46,440 bases of DNA from Elsinoe ampelina (Eukaryota): positions 1,909,250-1,955,689 of the forward strand of contig ML992504.1 in NCBI GenBank assembly GCA_010093995.1. The letters run 5' to 3'. How positions within the stretch are numbered: position 1 is the stretch's first letter; the number at the start of each line of letters is the position of its first letter. The notes under the pieces are model-generated. The model saw only the letters and a list, made by a program, of their open reading frames with translations. It made no database searches and was not told where the DNA came from. Below, piece by piece: positions 11,561-22,900 of the stretch. Made by a program: the position numbers and the translations under genes.

Positions 11561-13213
11561 TCTCTCTACTTATAAAAGTTTATTAATTTTTTAACGCGTT
11601 ACTCTAATACTAAACTTACTTCTTATAAATAAATCTTTAAACTACTCTAAATCTACTAATTTTATTTTAACTACTTCTATACTATTATAGCTTATAGAGC
11701 TAAGCTTACTAAACATGTCCGTTATTAAATTATTTATAAAAAGTTTAGTAGTAAGCGTAAGTAAGTTAATATTATAACTAACTTTAGGCTTAAGCCTTCT
11801 ACTATCTATAAGGTTATTAAGCGTGTAAAATTATATTTAATAACTAACAATTTAAATAATCTAATAGAGGCTACTAATATAATGCCTTATAAAGGCTATC
11901 TATACCTTATAAAGCCGAGTTCTATTAAGAGTAATATAGTATATACAATAGTTAAGAAGCTAAAGTACTATAACTAAGTTATTACTACTAACGAGGTTAA
12001 TAATTAGAAGGTTCTTTAAGAACTTAATATTAATATCCCTTAAATAATATATAAGTAAGTTAAGGCTATTCTTATAAGTAAAGAGTATAACGCTAAAGAC
12101 TATAATTACTAGCTAATTGTTATTAAGAAGAATATTATTAAACTCTCTAGATATAACACTTAAGAGCGCCTCTTCTACTACTTTAATAGTAGTAAACTAT
12201 ACTTATATATTAAGGAGAAGACTATTCTTATTATCTATAACAAAAAGAAGTTTAGATTTAGTTAATCTTTAAAGCGTAAATTAAGCGTTAGATCTAGCTA
12301 AAAGACATACATTAATAAGAGCTATTAACACTTTATAAGGAAGTAATAGGCTATAGTAACTACTTAAGACTTAGTAACAATAAAGCTATATATTATCTAG
12401 AACCTCTCTAATAAAAAGATCTTTAAGCTAGAGAAGCGTTTAGCCTTAATTAACGTAGATAGGCTATAAGAGATAGAGGAGCAGTAGTAGCGAGCTAATA
12501 ATAAGCCTTCTTCTATAGAGTTTAAAAAACTTTATAACTATAACTAGTTAGTAGACTAATATAATTACTATTAAGAGAAGAGTAATAAGAGAAGCCGACG
12601 GCGCTATTAGACTATAAAACAAGCCTTTAAATATAAGCCTATTAAGGCCTTCTTAAAGAAATTAGACTTTCTCTAGTATAGCTTTATTATATATAAAGAC
12701 TACCTTTTTCCTTATATCTAACACCTCTAGAAGTATTATTTAAAGAAGTATATTATCGTTATTAAGGACAATAGTACTATATACTATAAGGCTAGAGCTA
12801 TACTATTGTTAAAGATTAAGAAGCTTAGTATCTTATTTACTAAATATCTAGCCTTCTTACTAGATTTAAACCCTTATAAGACTCTTTATTATAAAGAGAA
12901 GAAGCTACTTCTTAGCTTTATTATTAACGTTAGAGATGCTAAAAAGGTAACTGTTACTAAGGCTAACTAGCGTCTAAAGTAAGTCTAGTAGTTAAAAGCC
13001 TTTAATAAAGAGGTTACTAAGTACTATAGCTATAAGGCATTTAATAACCTTAGAATTAAATGTAAGAGTAATAAGGGTCATAACCACTTCTTAGATTAAT
13101 GACAGCTTCATATATCAAGTGTTGAATGAATAAACCACCTCTAAAGGCTTCAAATCGCTTGGTGGAGCGGATAAATTCGCCAAGAAATTGACAAACTTTT
13201 GCGAGTGGAGAGG
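11561..13213 (+). mobile_element. Complete Tc1/mariner-superfamily DNA transposon (1653 bp)
   Basis: 36-bp TIRs at 11561-11596 and 13178-13213 differ at 10 positions, all C>T or G>A in the left copy. TA flanks both ends (11559-11560, 13214-13215). Contains a transposase relic. Confidence 0.93.
11687..13099 (+). pseudogene. RIPed DDE transposase (~470 codons)
   Basis: One frame carries an HTH-like N-terminus (KLTKHVR..II....LKPSTIYKVIKR), YNKKKF (=xDEKKF) with the D codon at 12239, KDNS (=EDN) with D at 12767, and YLAFLLDLNPYK (=HPAxSPDLNPxE) at 12845-12880. Confidence 0.88.
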
Positions 13214-13433
13214 TACATCGCTTCTGTCGCAGATCTCCAACATGACCCCTTCTTGCTGCACGCCAACTCTTGGGTCAATATGTACAGCCAGCACTCGCGT
13301 CCTTCTGCTACATCTGTCCCCTGTTATCGCGCGTGCAGCTTCACCTGCCTCGGCTTCAACGTACTGTGCCGCACTCTTATAATTGAGCCGGTAGCCTCTC
13401 CACAGCGGTGCCATTGCTTGCCAAACAGCAGCT

Positions 13434-15183
13434 ATGGCGTTCCAACTAGAGAAAGAAAAACCGGATGTAGCTTACCTCGAGTACGCCTCACGACAGGTAA
13501 CGCTCGACGACTCGAGAGACAAGTCACCACTCGATGACCAAGGGCGCGATCATGTTGATTCCAAGGAGTCACTCTGGCAAGCTTCAAAGCGGTATCCCAA
13601 AGTGGTGCTATATGGGTTCGGCTTGACCTTTGGAATATTGCTGTACGGCTACGACACTGCTGTTGTCGGTAATGTATCATCCATGCTGCCCTTCATGTAC
13701 GCGGTTGACTGTGAGCTGTGGATGTCTTACCAACGACTGGCAGGCGCGACTTCGGCTCAGTACTCAATGGTCGTCCACTCATTCCAGCCACCTGGCTTGC
13801 ATTGTGGAAAGCTGTCGGTCCGGTTGGTGCAATGCTTGGTGCAACTATTGCGGGACTTGTACAAGACAAGGTCGGCAGACGACTCTCTCTTGTACTCGGT
13901 ACCATCATTGTGTCTGCCGGAGTTGCCATCTGCTTCACCTCTAACCTACCTAAAGACATTGTAGGACGTCGCACCGCCTTTCTTGTCGGGAAAATCGTGC
14001 TTGGCGTTGGCGTTGGTCAGATCATCACGACGACTCAGACATTCATGTCGGAGATTGTCCCGACTCGTCTGAGAGGACCCATCATGTCTCTCATCCCAGC
14101 ATTCACTCTGCTCGGTCAGCTCATCGGAGCAGTCGTGATTGCCACCCAGCGATACTCACGCAGCTCAACTGCCTATTTGATCCCGCTTGCGTCACAACGG
14201 GCTTTTGCTGCAGGTCCTTTGGTCGTTTGTGCCATTATGCCAGAAAGTCCAATCTGGTTGATTCGAAAAGGCCAGACAGAGAAGGCCATGAACGCCATTC
14301 GTCGCCTGCGGAAGAAGGACGAGAATGTCATGTTGATCTACGAAGAGATGTGTCAGACCGTCATAGGCGGCGATCATCGGTCTGACCAGAACAACTCTGG
14401 CGAAGACGCACGACCGCCAAAGTTCCAGGACTGCTTTTCACCTACCGAGAAGCGAAGGACACTGGTGTCTCTCTGGGCATACACAACACCTCAGCTCTGG
14501 GGCGTGACGCTGCTGGCGAACTCAAGCTATTTTGTCCAAATGGTTGGCATGGACGCTGCAAACAGTCTGCTCTTCCTGGTTGTCGGTATTGTTCTGGGCT
14601 TATTGGCCAATCTGATCAGCATCTGGTTGATCTCCAAAGCCGGACGTCGTCCTCTCATGCTAAGTACGTTCTCGGTCCTGACTATGCTCTGGCTCGGGAT
14701 GGGCATCTCGGGGTTTTTCCAAGGCACCGTCGTCATCTGGTAGGTCTAGATTGGATGCAACATGCCACTTTCTATGGACTGACTACAACAAGGTACACTG
14801 CCATCACCATGATGATTGTCATAACGGTTGCCGGTCTTGGTGTGTGGCCCGCTTCGTACGCTGTAGGAGCAGAGGTCTCTTCGATTCGCTTGCGAGCAAA
14901 GGCCCAAGGTCTAGGCTGGCTGACGTCTAGTCTATGGACTGGAGTCTTCGCCATGGGTCTACCATATGCCTACAATCCAGACGCCGGTGATCTCAAAGGC
15001 AAAACAGGTTTCATCTTCACGGCCTTGTCAATACTGGGCATGGTGACAACATATTTCATCGTGCCGGAAATGAAAGACCGGAAGCCGACCGAGATCGACC
15101 GCATGTTCGAATTGGGTCTGTCAGCACGCAAGTTCAAAAGCTGGACTGGTGTGCAACCAGACGGGACAAGACTAGCAGTCTAG
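13434..15183 (+). CDS. MFS sugar porter, maltose/alpha-glucoside permease-like (exons 13434-13696, 13744-14739, 14793-15183; 549 aa)
   Basis: Motifs LYGYD, DKVGRR, SEIVPTRLRG, PESP, GRR, EVSSIRLRAK and PEMKDRK. Two GT-AG introns (47 and 53 bp) join three ORFs in frame. Confidence 0.92.
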
Positions 15184-16231
15184 ACTGCTGTTCATCTGTC
15201 CTTGGGAGTTGGGCTGGGCAGATAACGGATAGTCAGAGCTCAACAACGTTCAATTCTTGTCGTGCAACGGTCGTCGTGCGAATGCCGCCTTGTGCCTGGC
15301 TGCCGTGACAGCACCTCGTCCTCAGCAACGGAGATGCTCGTCGATAGAAGCTATCGTTGGAAAAGCCACCCACGTACAGTTCATGGGGACATGCAGCGGC
15401 GATGATTGAAGCGCTTCACTGCTTGTGAGTTGTGACTAATGACAAAGTAGCTAGAACGGGGACGAATGGTGAGTTGGATTATCAATTGTTCTGGACTTGT
15501 GACTCTTCATAGCAGATCCTTCCAAGCTGAAACCGGAGCGAGTGTCGCCTTTTGTAGATCAAACCTCCTCGTAACTGGCGATGGTGCTGTGGGGATGACG
15601 AAATCTCTTCCCGCGGTCGTCGACTTCACCTTCTCCATCCATCACCTTGCTGGATCAACCATCAGACAATCCCGAATTCGCTCACGTTCCATCTCGCCTT
15701 ATCGTAGTAATTGATCCTAATTCCATTCAACAGAGACATGAAAATGTTGAACATGAGAGACAGCTTCGAGAAGATACAGCGACAACTGCCGTTCAAGGCT
15801 GTAGGGCTGTCTTCATCACCCCGAATGAGGCCAATGGATACCAAGGTATACAACGCTTTTCTTCCCGTGAGACACATTGACGACAATCTAAACGAGTACC
15901 CACCATCTGCGCCCTTCTCAAGTGTCTCAATCGATCTTGCAGATGGGCCACAAAAGCCTTCTTGATGGCCGCCCGTTGTGACCGTTGGTTACTATCAGCG
16001 GCGGACAGACGACCGACACTTCTGAAAACCCCCATGGCTGGATCTTTCTGCGAGCCGTTGTCCATAGCTCACCGGCTATATTCGACGGGCGGCAGTTGAA
16101 GCATACAACGCTCACAAGGTAAGAGTCTCACCAGGTCATTCTCGAGGCCTTCATAATGCTTTTCTTCCCGGCTGGTTTGGGCTCCTCACCTTGGTCACCT
16201 TTACCCATTTCAACTTTTGGTCAAGGCAATC

Positions 16232-18850
16232 ATGCGTGTACTTGCAGGTCTCCTGCCCGTCCTCGCCACTTTGGCGCAGGTCAAGGCTCAAGAAAATCAA
16301 GCCGAGGATGGTGAATTGGATATGGACAAAGTTCCAGCCGATCACAGGGATTTGAAGGACATCCCAATCACCACCACTGAGCCGTGGGACGTTGTGGTCA
16401 AAGCCTCGGCTGCTTCCCTCTGGTCATCCTTCAGCTCGGTCAAATCTCAAGAACGAGTGAACAATGGTGTACGAGGCCCTGAGGCGACCCCAACAGCCAC
16501 TTTGATCAAAACTACAAAGTCGAAGAAGGCCAAGACGACTACGACCACTACCACCACAACCAAAAAGAAGGGCAAGAAGACAAAGACGACCACGACGGCC
16601 ACCAAGAAGAAGAAGGCCGCTGCAACCACCAAGGCCAAGAACGTCAAGCAGCAAAAGCGTCAACTCAGCACTCTGCCAGTCCCAGCCATCAATGCGGTGG
16701 GAAACAACACAGGTTGTACTATCAAGCCTCAAGGTATTCTCAACCCGTACCAGTCGTCACCCAACACCCCGACAGGTTTCTACAACGACGCCAACTTGAC
16801 TCGTCTGGCGGCTGCCGAATGGCTGCCACCTGCCGGCTATTGGACAAGTTTTCAGAATCAGCTTGCTCAGGTACAGAAGACTGGAGCTGTTCCTGGAGAT
16901 GCCGGACTTTACATCATGTACTTTCAGACACCTTCGTACACGCCTTCGCTCTGTGCCAAGGCCTGTGATGTACGGGACGAGTGCCTCGGCTTCAACATAT
17001 ACTTCAGTCGTTCGCCCCAGTGGGAACCACAATATCGTAACACCACAAACCCGAATGGTGTCTGCAGTAACCCTGTTGCTCAAGCTGAAGTCGGCTGCGG
17101 TCTCTACTTCCAGTGGATCTATTCCAGTTACGCAACCAACACCGGTCAATGGAGAGCTGACTTTGCTCTCCTGACCGTCGGTAACAATGGTTACAACAAG
17201 AATCCAGTCCCGGCCAGGCAGACCAATTACACCAAGGCAGTTGCTCTCCTTGGTGCCGTGAATGGTTTCAGCGCGCCAGAGTACATCACATACAATTATT
17301 GGACCACCGCATTCGATGATTCGAGATGCGCCGCTGCGTGCACAGCGTACAGCAACAGCCAGCGCGCTGCAGCCATCTCTAACAGACTCAGCACCTACGA
17401 AGCCTGCAACTACTACAACACGTTCAACGTCACCTACCAGGGTACCTACCAGGGTCAATACTGCGTGTTATACAATGACACCTCTGTCCTCTCCAACGGT
17501 TACATGACCTACTCGTCACAGACTTACAACGGCCAGACCTACATCTATAACTTGACTAACAGCTTCGGCACTGAGTTATATGGTCACGATCCTGGCACTG
17601 TCTCTCCTGCGTGGTCTCCTGCCCCAACTGGCGCTGCTGCTTCTTGTGAGGCACTTGGATCTACTGGTACAACCGGGTTCACTCTCCTGGACATTCAGCG
17701 CAACAATTACACAGTTGCTTGCAACTATGATTTGCAGAATGCATTCGACGTTGGCAACTCCACGGCTCCCGACTTCTACTCATGCTTCGATCTGTGCGAC
17801 AATTTCAGCGGCTGCAGTGGGTTTGCTTGGCTGCCATACACGCCATCCAACACCTCAGCGGGTGTCTGTTACTTCAAGGACCTTTCCACAAGTATCCGTA
17901 ATCCAACATCATCCACCAATGGCGCCGACCTTGCCTGGCTGACAAGCAAGTACGCCGGTTTCAAGGCAGGTAACAAGGTCGCCACTGTTACTTACACAAC
18001 CTACACTACGGCTTGGACAGGTGCCAGCACGGTCACGGCCACCTCATTCAATGATCTCACTGGTTACATCATTGTCCAAACGCCTGGCTTGAGGACAAGT
18101 TCGACTACGTCTGGTGCCACCGTCACCACCACGGTGTACACAGACTCGGGTACACTCACCAGCATCAGTACCACCACTTCTGCGGCTGTTTCCCGTACCG
18201 TCACGGTCAAAATCTTCTATCCTACCCCCACCTGTGGTTCGACAATTGGTGCCATCTCCTACGCGATGTACACCAACTCGTTCATGGGTGGACAGAATAC
18301 CAACTCGTACCCTGCCTTCAACCCTACCATTTACAAGACCATTGCTCCGGCTGCCACTGGTGTGGCCAACTACCTTGCGGAAGACAATGCCGATACTGCA
18401 TCCACCACCATCTACGGAAGGGCTGGTATCGACGGTCGCAGCTTGGTCATGCAGCACACCTTCTACTTGTATGCGGGTCGCGGTACTGGTCGTTACTACT
18501 TCCAGTTTCCCTACTCGGACGATATTTCCCTCCTTTGGGTCGGTGACAAGGCCGTCTCCGGCTGGAACCGTACCAACAACGATTTGCTCCAGTTCTGGAA
18601 CGGTCAACCCCAGACTCCTACCACTGCTTCTTTCTTCCTCTCAGCCAACACCTGGACACCTGTCCGTGTTCAGTGGGGTAACGGTGGTGGCCAAGGTGAT
18701 CTGCAATTCTCTATCATCGACCCTAACGGAAATTACCTGGCCTACTCTACGCCGTTGGCCAACTCGGGCTACTTGTCGCCTCAGATTCTCAAGTCTGTCT
18801 GTTCGTCGGCGAATGCAGGTGTATTCCCGGCATGGGGAAGAGAAACGTAG
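16232..18850 (+). CDS. Secreted adhesin-like protein: signal peptide, Lys/Thr-rich region, Cys-rich PAN/apple-like repeats, Thr-rich linker, C-terminal GLEYA/PA14 domain (872 aa, single ORF)
   Basis: ATG at 16232 opens MRVLAGLLPVLATLAQVKA. Cys modules CAKACD..CLGFNIY, CAAAC..CNYYN and CFDLCD..GCSGFAW..CYFK. C-terminal YSDDISLLWVGDKAVSGW..PVRVQWGNGGGQG is typical of GLEYA. Confidence 0.85.
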   Translation: MRVLAGLLPVLATLAQVKAQENQAEDGELDMDKVPADHRDLKDIPITTTEPWDVVVKASAASLWSSFSSVKSQERVNNGVRGPEATPTATLIKTTKSKKAKTTTTTTTTTKKKGKKTKTTTTATKKKKAAATTKAKNVKQQKRQLSTLPVPAINAVGNNTGCTIKPQGILNPYQSSPNTPTGFYNDANLTRLAAAEWLPPAGYWTSFQNQLAQVQKTGAVPGDAGLYIMYFQTPSYTPSLCAKACDVRDECLGFNIYFSRSPQWEPQYRNTTNPNGVCSNPVAQAEVGCGLYFQWIYSSYATNTGQWRADFALLTVGNNGYNKNPVPARQTNYTKAVALLGAVNGFSAPEYITYNYWTTAFDDSRCAAACTAYSNSQRAAAISNRLSTYEACNYYNTFNVTYQGTYQGQYCVLYNDTSVLSNGYMTYSSQTYNGQTYIYNLTNSFGTELYGHDPGTVSPAWSPAPTGAAASCEALGSTGTTGFTLLDIQRNNYTVACNYDLQNAFDVGNSTAPDFYSCFDLCDNFSGCSGFAWLPYTPSNTSAGVCYFKDLSTSIRNPTSSTNGADLAWLTSKYAGFKAGNKVATVTYTTYTTAWTGASTVTATSFNDLTGYIIVQTPGLRTSSTTSGATVTTTVYTDSGTLTSISTTTSAAVSRTVTVKIFYPTPTCGSTIGAISYAMYTNSFMGGQNTNSYPAFNPTIYKTIAPAATGVANYLAEDNADTASTTIYGRAGIDGRSLVMQHTFYLYAGRGTGRYYFQFPYSDDISLLWVGDKAVSGWNRTNNDLLQFWNGQPQTPTTASFFLSANTWTPVRVQWGNGGGQGDLQFSIIDPNGNYLAYSTPLANSGYLSPQILKSVCSSANAGVFPAWGRET

Positions 18851-19206
18851 TCCGGCGGCAACACTCTTTTCTTCTCATCCTGTACACAAGTTTCCTTTGT
18901 CATCGGTGGCGGTGGGGATCAAGCATGGAGCGAGGGTATGGACGGATGTATTATATCGCGGTCCTGAGATTGCATTCCGGAAGCTAATCTTCTTCTACAT
19001 TCTACATGTGGCTTCGATGAAGTCGCTCAAAAGGTCGACTTTTCCTAGTCGTTCTATTTTTGTGTGAGGATATATTACTAGAATAGGGTACCACAGCTGT
19101 ATTCACATTGTGTTTTACTTCGTGTTCCTCTTGCATCTTTGGGAAAACTTGACCAAATGAGATCCTCTACTTTCCACACTATACTATTCTTCACCCCCCC
19201 CCAACC

Positions 19207-19800
19207 ATGTCGTCCATGGCTTCTCCAGAGGGCAAACTCGCCCCTATAGTCAACAACATCATCAGCAACAAGGTCATCGACGACTCAGACGACCACTGCG
19301 AGTACGTAGACGAAAAGGCTCGCAGCCCAGACGACATTGCCGACCTCAGCGGTATCGAGGCCACAGCCGCATCAAAGGCAGCATGGCTCATCTCCCTCAC
19401 CGTCTCCATTGGTGGTTTCCTATTCGGGTACGACACTGGATACATCTCGTCCGTGCTGGTCACCATCGGCGAGTCGTTGGGTCGTCCGTTGACCTCGAGT
19501 GAGGAAGAGCTGGTCACCACCCATCACCTCTGGTGGTGCCTTGATGGGCGCCGTCATCGCCGGCCTGACTGCCGACAAAGCCCTCTTCCGCATCTGCCGC
19601 CAATGCACACCACAATAGCGCGCCGAAAATACATATCAAAGCCATCGAAATGTCCATCGAAGAAGCCCTCCACTCCACGCAGAAGGATCACAGGCATGAG
19701 AAGAAGGTGGTGGTGCAGAGTTTTGGGCACTCGGGCGGGAGTGGTAGATTACTGGGATACTTGGAGCAACTCGACAATCACTGCACGTCACCATCTCAAT
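19207..19800 (+). pseudogene. Truncated, frameshifted myo-inositol-transporter-like MFS pseudogene
   Basis: IEATAASKAAWLISLTVSIGGFLFGYDTGYISSVLV, then a +1 frameshift at ~19519-19522, after which ITSGGALMGAVIAGLTADK resumes in another frame. Clear similarity stops at ~19579 with no splice donor; the right boundary is approximate. Confidence 0.85.
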
Positions 19801-19938
19801 GTCACCACAAGGGAAGCCATTCGTGAAATCAAAGACATTGAACATTAACCATCTACCCAAATCCCTCCAAGTACGAGGTATCTAATCTATAATCATCAAT
19901 CGCAAGTCATCAATCAATCAGTCAAAGGACACCCCCGC

Positions 19939-22900
19939 TCAAGCCTCGGACTTGATCACCACCCCAGCAGTCAGATTATACAACTGCAAACTATTCCCCG
20001 CCCCACAATACGTCCCCTGATCACCCGGGCACAACATGGCGCACTTTGTCTGGTTCAAAGGCACGGCCGCGGGGTCGAGCACGTTACCCATCCAGCATTC
20101 CGTGGCGTACTCGAGGCCGAAGTACTTGTATTTGAGTGTGGCGGCGCGTTGGGCGCAGAGGGGCACGGACATGCTGGTGTTGTAGTAGAGTTGGGGGAGG
20201 GCGCGGGCGTTGGGTTTCTCGCTGTAGCAGCCTAGGGAGGTGTAGTTGCCCATTGTGGAGTTGTAGATGAAAGGGACTACGGTGGGGTTTGGCTTGCTGG
20301 AGGTGGTGGTGCGGAGGGTGGTGGTCGTTGTGGTAGTTGTAGGAGAGGCGGTTGTGGTTGGGGGAGGAGTTGTTGTGGTAGTCGTGGTGGTTGTCGGGGC
20401 CGGAGTCGTTGTGGTAGTGGTTGTCGTGGTTGGGCTGGGAGTGGTGGTAGTGGTGGTAGTGGTAGTCGTCGTAGGAGCGAGACTCGTCGTGGATGTAGTG
20501 GGAGAGGTCGTCGTCAGACTGGATGAAGGAGTAGGGAAGTTGGCAGGAGCCCCAACCGAGGTGGTTGTCGAACTCGACGTGGTGGTAGTTGTTGTCAAGG
20601 TAGATGCAGCCGTTGTTGGCGTCAAAGAAGACGTGGCCGTCGTGGTCATTAGAGAAGTCGTCGCTGACGTCGTCGTCGTCGTCGTGGTCAAGCTAGTCGT
20701 CGTCGTACTGAAAGTCGTGGAGGAGCTGAGTGCGAGCGTCTCGTTATACTTGTACAAAGACAGACCATTCGGTCCACCGCAGATCTGCCATTGATCCGCC
20801 GCGCACCCCATATTGCATCGACCATCTGTGGCAGGAGCAGAGTCTTTATGCAGAGTATTGCCGCAGAAACACTCGTTCGTGTACTGAGTAGCAAACCATG
20901 TATACCCGGCGCAGAATTGACCACACAGCTGGTTGGTATTGCTGGAATTAGCGAAGGTCATCTGTGGAAGGGCACGACCAGGAACTTCAGTCCAACAGCC
21001 CTGGTAGCTGTAGAAGCCTACGGTTGGCGGATTGGAAGGTCCTGTTGGGGTCGGCGAAGCTGAAGTGGTGGTTTTCGACGTGGTGGGAGGTGCTGCAGGG
21101 TCAACTGAAACAAGAGAGGTCGAAGTGCTCGAAGCAGCGCTAGTGGTAGTCGTGGTAGACGGCGAAGGAAGACTGGCCAGACGATAGACCTGCATCCTGC
21201 TGCCGGAACCACAATATTGGCTGTTATTCCCTTTGCAGGTCATGCCGCAGTCTGAGTCGTTGACTAGCTTAGCCGACGTATCGATGGTCGTTCCACAATA
21301 GCACTCATTGGCATACTGTAGACCGAACAAATTGTATCCCTTGCAAAAGTCCTTGCAGTATTCGGCAGTGAGGATGTTGGTATTAGTCCCCTTCTGATTG
21401 AACGACTTCGGACCATTCTCAGCGTAACAACCAGCATACTTGTAGTCGCCGACCGTCTGCAGGAGCGTCAAGGGCGGAGAGATCTTGTTCCCATCAAATT
21501 TAGCTGTCTCCACGAAGAGTGACAACATGGTCTGATTGTGAAAGACACCGTTACCACCACACGTCTCATTCTGAGCACCTGTGCAGCGATAGTTGCAGTC
21601 ATCCTCGGACCCTGCAATGAGCGGTAAAGAGTTGCCACACCAGCACTGGCTTGTGTAAGCAGTACCGGCGAACTTGTAGCCTCTGGAATCGCAAGTGGAG
21701 ATACATCGAGAATTGCTATTGTTGTTATCCCCGTACGGTTGATCGGCCAATTGTCGAGCAGGCGTGAGATCCTTGTAGCAGCCGACATAGCCATACTTGG
21801 CTGTACCATTACTGAGAAGCGGACCAAGTTGTTGAGCGACGGCGTTGCACTCAAAGACGAAATCATGCTTGCCCAGCACTGGATCATTGGTGTTGATAGT
21901 CCACTGAGCGTAGCCCTTGAAGCTGGGCGTATTGACCTGCCGTTCGGGCACTGCACAGAAGACTTGCGCAGTCTTGCTCTGACCAGCGGCGATGACTTCT
22001 CCTTCAGCCAAATCGATGTTGTTGGCCGCACCGACGATTCCAGGCACACCGAAAGGTGGCTTCGACACAGTCATGGAAAGCGGAGCAGCGGTGGAGGAGC
22101 CATTATTGGTGACCCTGAAGGTCAAACGACGAGTCGAGCCCTGAATGACATCTCCGAAGCTGAAGTTCTGACCTGGTGTGTAGGGAACCCAACTTTGACC
22201 ATCGACTGATTGGAACTCGAAGAGGGCTGTAGGCTGGCTACCGGCTGTTCCAAAGACATCAAGAATCTTGTTGCCACCATCCGAGTAGGCCATGATATAC
22301 ACAGCATGGTTGCCGGCCTGATTTGGAACATACTTGATGCTGACTACAGCGTTGCTGTTGGCAGGTATAGTGGTCGGCACACTAGAGAAGGTGAAGAAGC
22401 CAACTTGAACAGACCCGTCTGATGTAGTGTTGGGTGTGATCCATGGTCCTTGCTCCGAGACGATCGAGTAGCTGACATTGGCCAATGTGAGAAGGCTATC
22501 TCCACTGTTCGCAAAGATGGCAGTCTGCGTGCTCTCGCCTGGTCCGGCAATTGTGTTGAAGGATACTGTATTCGGTGTGACGAACAAAAGAGGCTTCGCC
22601 GAGTTGGCGGTGCCAATCAGTGAAACGGGCGTATTTGCGGAGTACCCTGCGACGTTGCTGGATGCTGTGATGATTACATCACTTGACAGAAGACCAACAG
22701 TCTGTGGTGCAAAGGTGGCTTGGAACGAGAAGGTTGCGCCTTTCGCAAGTTGTACCGGTAGCCCAGGAACGCTAGCGATCTTGAAGTTGGCGTTGCCGGT
22801 GAGGTTGACGTTAGTGATGGTGGCGGCTACATTGGCAACGCAAGAGACTGTCAAGGCAGCGGATGTGCTTCCGATCGGCGTGTTGGCGAAAGTATAAGGC

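Larger units (their letters stand above)
1..13080. repeat. AT-rich block of RIP-degenerated transposable elements
   Basis: CpA/TpG strongly depleted, TpA in excess, and no ORF in the supplied track. Transposon motifs become readable once C>T and G>A changes are reversed. Confidence 0.95.

Noticed and set aside
15466..16115. Short ORFs between the sugar porter and the adhesin-like gene
   Set aside because: No motifs, signal peptide or consistent splice model; treated as intergenic.
18114..19067. 317-aa Pro/Ser/Thr-rich ORF
   Set aside because: Alternative frame overlapping the GLEYA gene, with no recognisable motifs.
20267..20794. Valine-rich 175-aa plus-strand ORF
   Set aside because: Antisense shadow of the Thr-rich linker of the WSC protein.
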